A stretch of DNA of 11,001 nucleotides, from positions 1-11,001 of the IMG/VR virus record IMGVR_UViG_3300045988_029143. One strand, written 5' to 3'. Origin of the DNA: a virus. A program made the position numbers and the translations under genes. How positions within the stretch are numbered: position 1 is the stretch's first letter; each line of letters starts with the position of its first letter. Below the pieces are notes generated by a model. That model was not told the origin of the DNA and made no database searches. It worked only from the letters and a program-made list of their open reading frames with translations. Positions 6,598 through 11,001 of this stretch are shown here, in pieces.

Positions 6598-8784
6598 TCA
6601 ATCTTTTAGTTTTATGCCTTTTAGATAATTTAGATACATCACACTTAAAGATAAATTATAACTTGTTGGCTCTAAGTGTACACCCGTATTCTCTGCAAAT
6701 GTACACTTTTTACCCGTGTAGTCGGTTACTTCACCCGTTATTTTGTAGTCTATGTATGTATGTATGTTTTTGCCCGTGGCTTCACACGGAAATTCGAGAT
6801 AATTGGTAAAGGCGTTAAATATGTTATCACCATACTTTTTAACAAGGTAGGGTATTGCAGCCTTTTTGTTTACACCGCTTATTGTTAGGCTGTACTCATA
6901 ACTTTTGCCGCCTACGTTTAGGGCGTTTTCTTCCTGCACAATGTACCTCTTTGCGCCCAACGTCTTAAAACGTTTGTACGTCCCTTCATAGTCCCAAACG
7001 CCTAAAGTTTTAGTAACTCCCTTAATGGTTTCGGGTTCGCATTTGGCAAAGTCTATGTTATGATGTTTACACGCGGCCTTTAGTTTGTTATATACTACAT
7101 TGTTGTACATATCAAAATACCGCTTGTGCGCTGCTGCGTTTCTTAGTTTAATGCTGTCAGTATCGCTGTATATGTAATCTTGCTTTGCTTCGTAGATTGC
7201 GGTAAATAAATTGCGCCTTGCATACGCGGTAACAAAAACACCCCACGGATAAAACAAAAAGCGGTTTTTACTTTCGTTGTACTTCTGTAACATCTCGGCC
7301 TTTTCGCTGTCTGTCAATGTATTCTCGTCCCATTTGCCATTATATACAAATTCATCACGCAAAGGGTTAGTAACACACATACCATAGCACGAGTTTAGCA
7401 TTTCCTTGCTATTTAGGTACTCCACTTCCTTTCCTTGCACGCCTTTTAATTTGGTTTTGTTTTCGTACAAATCTAAGATTGTACGTACAAAATCAGTTGG
7501 CAAATAGTCGGCCTTATAGCAATACATTGCACCGATACGGACACCGCCCCACGTGTAAAATTTGCGTATTATGTTGTAGTCTATGTTTGTTATTGTCGTG
7601 GCTACTTTTGCAGCACAAACAAGCCGGCCGTTATTCTCCACGTGGTCTATCTTGACATAGCATTTGCTTACACTTATAGGGTTATCCTGCAACTCTTTAG
7701 CAAAGATGTTGGCAAATTCAATGTCAAATATGCAAAGGTACTTACTTATGTAGTATTCAAATTCTTGCATATTTCGGGGGTGCACTCGTACCCCCTTAGA
7801 CATAGGGAATTTTTCAGACACCATAACATACGGGTAACTGCTCGTAAAATCGTAACTTGCAACGTCTTCACAAATTTCGTCTATGTGGTTTGCGTTGCCG
7901 TGAGTAAATCCACCGCTAAAAGCCCTTTGCAGCATATTAAATTCATGCAACCCCGAAATAGTTAGCGAGTGGATTAAATTAATACACTCCCAATTACGAG
8001 CGGTTTTGCCGTTTACCTTTTTACTTAACATTGCTTTGCGGCAATGTTTACGCACGTACCCCGTTTTGGTTAGAGGCAAACGCGTTATTAACTTGTTTTG
8101 CTCTAATTGCTCTTGTATGTAGTTCATAACCACTTTTATATCATTCGCGCAGTAAAGCAACTCTTTCGGGGTTAGTTCGGTCTGCACGTGTCGTATTAGG
8201 GTATAGTCTAAATCTCCAACCATTTTTGCACACTTGTATGTTTGTAGTTGCTCGCCTAACTTTGCAAGGTTGTAGCCGCTTAACAAGTAGCTGCATCTAA
8301 ATTCTATGCCTAACGTTGTGGTTGCATATAGGGGCTTGCGCAAATCAATGCTAAAAACTTTCTCCCATTCAAACAGAGTACGCAAAAACTGAAATTCGTA
8401 GGATAAATTGTGTATATATACGATTAGTTTTTTGTTATTGGATAACTCCAATGTTTGTGCTATCGTGTTACACATTGTTACAAACTCGTCCCATGTACGG
8501 CCTACTATTACGTACCCATTTATACCAAATTGCCACACGTACATAATAGCACATTTTTCCATTTTTACACCTATCTTGTTGTATTGTTCGTAAGTGTATG
8601 TGTTGCCGTCTTCGTCTCGGTAAAAACTACTTACCTCAATGTCAAAGGCGCAAGGGACGTTGTAAAATTTACACCCCTTATTGTTGCCTATTACGTTTTT
8701 GTCATTTACGGCCAACTCCAAAATTTTTTGTATGTCGGTGGTCTTATATATACCGCTGTGCTGTTCATATTGCACCTTTTTCAT
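6598..8784 (-). CDS. Family B DNA polymerase, protein-primed type
   Basis: 728 aa. Exo I is FDIEV (D48, E50). Exo II is HNLSYEF. Exo III is YCANDIKV. Motif A is YDFTSSYP. Motif B is KEMLNSCYG. A TPR2-like insert lies before GVFVTAYARR. Motif C is YSDTDS (nt 7153-7170, verified by back-translation). KxY is AKRY. Confidence 0.95.
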   Translation of the reverse strand: MKKVQYEQHSGIYKTTDIQKILELAVNDKNVIGNNKGCKFYNVPCAFDIEVSSFYRDEDGNTYTYEQYNKIGVKMEKCAIMYVWQFGINGYVIVGRTWDEFVTMCNTIAQTLELSNNKKLIVYIHNLSYEFQFLRTLFEWEKVFSIDLRKPLYATTTLGIEFRCSYLLSGYNLAKLGEQLQTYKCAKMVGDLDYTLIRHVQTELTPKELLYCANDIKVVMNYIQEQLEQNKLITRLPLTKTGYVRKHCRKAMLSKKVNGKTARNWECINLIHSLTISGLHEFNMLQRAFSGGFTHGNANHIDEICEDVASYDFTSSYPYVMVSEKFPMSKGVRVHPRNMQEFEYYISKYLCIFDIEFANIFAKELQDNPISVSKCYVKIDHVENNGRLVCAAKVATTITNIDYNIIRKFYTWGGVRIGAMYCYKADYLPTDFVRTILDLYENKTKLKGVQGKEVEYLNSKEMLNSCYGMCVTNPLRDEFVYNGKWDENTLTDSEKAEMLQKYNESKNRFLFYPWGVFVTAYARRNLFTAIYEAKQDYIYSDTDSIKLRNAAAHKRYFDMYNNVVYNKLKAACKHHNIDFAKCEPETIKGVTKTLGVWDYEGTYKRFKTLGAKRYIVQEENALNVGGKSYEYSLTISGVNKKAAIPYLVKKYGDNIFNAFTNYLEFPCEATGKNIHTYIDYKITGEVTDYTGKKCTFAENTGVHLEPTSYNLSLSVMYLNYLKGIKLKD

Positions 8785-9419
8785 AGTCCGAAATTATTAA
8801 ACACGTCTAATATGCTCTGTATCTCGCTTTCTACTTCGTTAGTTAGTTTGTTAGCTTCACTTTCGATATTGCTATCTATCGCGTTTTGTAGGCTTACGGC
8901 TTCACTTTCAATTTGTTCGCTCGCGTCTCGTGCGCTTTGCTCCAAATCGCCCGTGAAGTCTTTATACTTCATGAGGTATTTTTCAACAAAATCGCTATCG
9001 CTTAAACTTGTTAGCTTTTCGTTTAACTTATCGGCCATTAAATTAAATTCTTTGTCAGTAAGGCCGTAGGCGGTTTTTAGGTGTTCGTTGTATGTACGCG
9101 TGCCTTGGGCGGTACTCGTAGGCTGACGCAAAAAAGACACGGCTTTCGCGTACTCTGTTTTAATTTCGTCCCAACTTTGGCCGCTCACAGAAAATTTGCT
9201 ATATCCTTTTATATCTCCTTTGTTTAAGGCTGTTACCGCAGGACTTAATAAACCTTTGTCTTCAATGTTTTGTATGCGTCTATTTGCTTGTTGGAATACG
9301 CGCCTTACTTCCTTTCTTAGTTCGGGACTGCTCTCAACGCTTTGTATAATATCTTGGCGTAATTCGGTGCGCTGCGTTGCTGTAAATACGCTTTGCTTGT
9401 ATCCTATCTTGTTAGGCAT
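8781..9419 (-). CDS. Candidate terminal protein (replication primer)
   Basis: 212-aa ORF immediately upstream of the polymerase gene, overlapping it by ATGA (8781-8784). This TP-then-pol synteny occurs in phi29, PRD1 and Bam35. The N-terminus is basic and the C-terminus is an acidic coiled region. I can verify no sequence motif. Confidence 0.5.
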   Translation of the reverse strand: MPNKIGYKQSVFTATQRTELRQDIIQSVESSPELRKEVRRVFQQANRRIQNIEDKGLLSPAVTALNKGDIKGYSKFSVSGQSWDEIKTEYAKAVSFLRQPTSTAQGTRTYNEHLKTAYGLTDKEFNLMADKLNEKLTSLSDSDFVEKYLMKYKDFTGDLEQSARDASEQIESEAVSLQNAIDSNIESEANKLTNEVESEIQSILDVFNNFGL

Positions 9420-9425
9420 AGCTGT

Positions 9426-9463
9426 AAAATTAAAATAGGTAGGTAGTTATATGCTACCTACCT
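9426..9463 (-). terminator. Intrinsic terminator or attenuator between the early small genes and the TP-polymerase genes
   Basis: A perfect 10-bp stem AGGTAGGTAG(9437-9446)/CTACCTACCT(9454-9463) has a 7-nt loop. On the minus strand it is followed by AUUUUAAUUUU, immediately before the ATG at 9419. Confidence 0.65.
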
Positions 9464-9477
9464 AATTGTGTTACTTG

Positions 9478-9831
9478 TTAGATGTCCTTAAAACTAATAG
9501 TGTGGCAGTTGCGGCCGTGGCTCTCGTACTTTCGTACTACAAAACCTACTTTGCCTTTTTTGATGTCTTCCACTGCGTTAGCATTGTTTACAATGTCATT
9601 AAACACCTTAGTTAGGTATATAGGCATATCAATGCGCTTTTTAACGTCAGACATCACCACCACGACTTTAACGCCAAATTTGCCGCGTGTGAAGTAGAAC
9701 CCATTTAACGCGTGTACCGCGTCGGGGTTAGTGTTGTATAACTCTTTAAGGCTTGTAAATTCGTAGCCTTTCAAATCAAACTTAAAGGGGTTTTCATTGC
9801 CCTTATTGTACTTTTCTGCAAAACTTGTCAT
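9478..9831 (-). CDS. Hypothetical early protein (candidate DNA-binding protein or SSB, by size and position only)
   Basis: 117-aa ORF with an ATG start. It is predicted beta-rich (GKFGVKVVVVM, GKVGFVVRKY). It occupies the position held by the SSB/DBP genes upstream of TP in phi29. Confidence 0.75.
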   Translation of the reverse strand: MTSFAEKYNKGNENPFKFDLKGYEFTSLKELYNTNPDAVHALNGFYFTRGKFGVKVVVVMSDVKKRIDMPIYLTKVFNDIVNNANAVEDIKKGKVGFVVRKYESHGRNCHTISFKDI

Positions 9832-9842
9832 AACTCAAAGCG

Positions 9843-10013
9843 TTAATTGTTAGCTGTATGTTCGTTGCCTAATGTAATCAGGAAATTTCTAAACTTCGAG
9901 ATTTTTAGAAGTGTGCGAGTACTCGCGTTAACTTCCTTGGTGGTCATAAGTTGGCCGAGGGCGTTTGTAGCGGTAAATATCGCTTCATCAAACGCATTTC
10001 TTTCTTCGTTCAT
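9843..10013 (-). CDS. Hypothetical 56-aa early protein (absent from the supplied ORF track)
   Basis: Hand translation gives MNEERNAFDEAIFTATNALGQLMTTKEVNASTRTLLKISKFRNFLITLGNEHTANN. Its ATG (10013-10011) overlaps the TGA (10012-10010) of the upstream gene as ATGA. It fills an otherwise unexplained 178-nt gap. The plus-strand ORF 9847..10047 is its shadow. Confidence 0.6.
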   Translation of the reverse strand: MNEERNAFDEAIFTATNALGQLMTTKEVNASTRTLLKISKFRNFLITLGNEHTANN

Positions 10014-10219
10014 TTCTTTTGGTATTTTAGTAGTGTGTTGTGATTGATGTACGTTGTGTCGGTTGTGACAATGGTAGCCTTTCCGTTAACGTCTGTTTGC
10101 TTGTACATTGAGCAACTTTGCAGGGCCATGCATAGGCCGTAAAGCACAGAGACCAAAACAAGCACGTAAGAGATACAAAAAAGTAATGTACCCACGCTTT
10201 TTAAAATTTTCTTTTTCAT
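10010..10219 (-). CDS. Small secreted, membrane or lipoprotein-like early protein
   Basis: 69 aa. A basic N-terminus (MKKKILK) precedes a hydrophobic segment, then ALQSC, a loose lipobox-like site before Cys. The C-terminus is polar. Confidence 0.65.
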   Translation of the reverse strand: MKKKILKSVGTLLFCISYVLVLVSVLYGLCMALQSCSMYKQTDVNGKATIVTTDTTYINHNTLLKYQKK

Positions 10220-10234
10220 TTTAATTGTTGGTTA

Positions 10235-10279
10235 ATGTTCCACGTGAAACAATTTTGTTTTGTTCCACGTGAAACAATT
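10235..10279. promoter_or_regulatory. Two copies of an operator-like near-palindrome (TGTTCCACGTGAAACAATT), 25 bp apart
   Basis: A perfect 19-bp direct repeat occurs at 10236-10254 and 10261-10279. Each contains TTGTTC-CACGTG-AAACAA (18-bp palindrome, with one mismatched pair in copy 2 and two in copy 1). It lies in the 63-nt gap between two early genes. Confidence 0.5.
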
Positions 10280-10282
10280 ATT

Positions 10283-10567
10283 TCACTTATTGTTATCTTG
10301 TGTGTATTCTCTAAACTTGTCGAGCAAACCATTTTCAAGGATAAACATATACGCTTCGTTTTTTAGGTTCATTTCAACACGTTTCGAGTTTTCGAGTTCT
10401 TGAATGTCTTTACCTATGTTCTGAGCAAATGCCGCTAAGTTGCTAAGAGTGGCGCAAACGCTTCTGAGTAGTTCAGAGTCGGTGCGCTTTGCTTCAAAAT
10501 GCACGTTTGTGCAAGTAGTTTGCAAGATTGTTGCAAGTTCGGTGTAAAGTTGAGACTTCGTTGCCAT
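10283..10567 (-). CDS. Hypothetical early protein (94 aa, helical)
   Basis: The track ORF 10283..10591 starts at a GTG inside a GC-rich hairpin. The first ATG (10567) gives MATKSQLYTEL... and I prefer it. No recognisable motif. Confidence 0.7.
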   Translation of the reverse strand: MATKSQLYTELATILQTTCTNVHFEAKRTDSELLRSVCATLSNLAAFAQNIGKDIQELENSKRVEMNLKNEAYMFILENGLLDKFREYTQDNNK

Positions 10568-10584
10568 TGTATTTTTGTTTGGTT

Positions 10585-10605
10585 GCCCCACTGGTTAGGT
10601 GGGGC
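10585..10605. other. GC-rich stem-loop GCCCCAC-N7-GTGGGGC just upstream of the first sizeable gene
   Basis: Perfect 7-bp stem with a 7-nt loop. On the minus strand it is followed by an A-rich tract, so it is not a classical terminator. On the plus strand it is followed by GTTACCTTTT. Confidence 0.5.
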
Positions 10606-10613
10606 GTTACCTT

Positions 10614-10721
10614 TTAAAGGTTAGCTAACGTTTTGCCAAGTGTGCGCAAATTGTTTTTAGCTATTCGCTTTGCTGTTTCGCTCTTTGCGTTTTTCAAATC
10701 CTCAAAATTATCATTGAGCAT
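10614..10721 (-). CDS. Possible 35-aa micro-ORF (could instead be part of a non-coding RNA)
   Basis: Hand translation gives MLNDNFEDLKNAKSETAKRIAKNNLRTLGKTLANL. It has an ATG start and TAA stop, lies downstream of the promoter-like motif at 10768-10799, and has no SD. It is too short to judge coding potential. Confidence 0.25.
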   Translation of the reverse strand: MLNDNFEDLKNAKSETAKRIAKNNLRTLGKTLANL

Positions 10722-10767
10722 TTTTAAGCATTTCTAAATCTTTCATTTGTTATTTATTTTGATATTG

Positions 10768-10799
10768 CAAAGGTAGTAACTTTGTGTACTTAATGCAAA
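10768..10799 (-). promoter_or_regulatory. Bacteroides-type promoter (-33 TTTG, -7 TAnnTTTG) at the right end, facing the early genes
   Basis: The minus strand reads TTTG(10799-10796)-20 nt-TACCTTTG(10775-10768). It sits in an AT-rich non-coding region upstream of all genes. Confidence 0.5.
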
Positions 10800-10847
10800 T
10801 TTTTAGTATTAAAATATCTTAAAAGATTATTTTTTGTTTCGTTGCTA

Positions 10848-10863
10848 TGCGAATAGCGTGCCA
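10848..10863 (-). promoter_or_regulatory. sigma-54-like -24/-12 motif copy 3 (subterminal at the right end, pointing inward, same direction as the genes)
   Basis: The minus strand reads TGGCAC GCTAT TCGCA. The GG and GC dinucleotides keep correct spacing, with one mismatch in the -12 box. Its distance from the right end (139 nt) is similar to that of copy 2 from the left end (135 nt). Confidence 0.3.
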
Positions 10864-10900
10864 AAAATCGCTTTTCGTAGGTGCTTTTTTCTTGTGATTT

Positions 10901-11001
10901 TGGAGGTTTGGCACGGCCTATGCAAAAAGCGTGCCAAACTATGTTGGCTACTGTTAAAAATGTGTTGGGAAATGTTAAAAAGGGGGGCGTTGTGCATATT
11001 T
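10901..11001. repeat. Right inverted terminal repeat (101 bp)
   Basis: Reverse complement of 1-101 with 100/101 identity. The single difference lies in a C5A versus C6 run. Confidence 0.95.
10921..10936 (-). promoter_or_regulatory. sigma-54-like -24/-12 motif copy 4, inside the right ITR and pointing inward toward the genes
   Basis: The minus strand reads TGGCACGCTTTTTGCA, the mirror of copy 1. It is oriented with all minus-strand genes. Confidence 0.35.

Larger units (their letters stand above)
1..11001 (-). other. Complete linear dsDNA genome of a miniature phi29-like, protein-primed tailed phage; all genes transcribed right to left
   Basis: ITRs sit exactly at both window ends. The window carries a protein-primed type PolB, a gp16-like ATPase, a gp10-like portal, a gp8-like capsid protein and gp9-like tail knob pieces. 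Genes are tightly packed on one strand, with ATGA overlaps at two junctions. Confidence 0.8.

Noticed and set aside
6696-6703. Isolated TAnnTTTG match (TACATTTG on the minus strand) about 100 nt upstream of the ATPase gene
   Set aside because: No TTTG lies at the required 19-21 nt spacing, and the match is deep inside the polymerase coding sequence. An 8-mer with 6 specified positions is expected several times by chance.
10568-10591. GTG start at 10591 for the 102-aa version of the early ORF
   Set aside because: The GTG lies inside the GC-rich stem-loop 10585-10605, and the added residues (MGQPNKNT) carry no signal. The in-frame ATG at 10567 is the simpler start.
10712-10745. 10-aa mini-ORF (MKDLEMLKNAQ) starting at the ATG at 10745
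   Set aside because: It is too short to evaluate and overlaps the start of the slightly more plausible 35-aa ORF. It is probably just leader sequence.
1-11001. Alternative identity as a non-viral PolB element (linear plasmid, casposon, pipolin or polinton-like element)
   Set aside because: No Cas1, integrase, or double jelly-roll capsid candidates are present. Instead there are a gp8-like HK97-type capsid protein, a gp10-like portal, a gp16-like ATPase and tail-knob pieces, which together define a tailed phage.
1-11001. tRNA, rRNA, CRISPR array, integrase or lysogeny module, toxin-antitoxin or defence genes
   Set aside because: Reading both strands showed no cloverleaf-like or repeat-spacer structures, and no spare coding capacity remains once the 13 minus-strand genes are placed.

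Overview
The window is bounded by a 101-bp inverted terminal repeat: 1-101 matches the reverse complement of 10901-11001 at 100/101 positions, and both ends begin 5'-AAATAT. It therefore reads as a complete 11,001-bp linear dsDNA genome, not a fragment. All credible genes lie on the minus strand and run right to left: 13 CDS covering about 92% of the sequence. In order they are: small early ORFs; a candidate terminal protein overlapping (ATGA) a protein-primed family B DNA polymerase; a phi29 gp16-like packaging ATPase; a small membrane protein; a phi29 gp10-like portal; an unknown 189-aa protein; a phi29 gp8-like major capsid protein; and a gp9-like tail knob split over two ORFs, with four tandem beta-rich repeats at the start of the second. 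My reading is a miniature phi29-like (Picovirinae-like) podophage, at or below the small end of known tailed-phage genome sizes. Homology calls rest on motifs and on remembered phi29 sequences, not on a search. Points worth a second look: (1) a 20-nt motif present four times, two per terminus and all facing inward, that matches the sigma-54 -24/-12 consensus TGGCAC-N5-TTGCA; (2) two full matches to the Bacteroides-type promoter (TTTG-N20-TAnnTTTG) placed correctly upstream of genes, combined with near absence of Shine-Dalgarno sequences, suggesting a non-Firmicute, possibly Bacteroidota, host; (3) the split and expanded tail knob; (4) no recognisable endolysin; (5) a paired palindromic operator-like repeat; (6) a 295-bp non-coding right end that could encode a small RNA or micro-ORF. 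No tRNA, rRNA, CRISPR array, integrase or transposase was seen.
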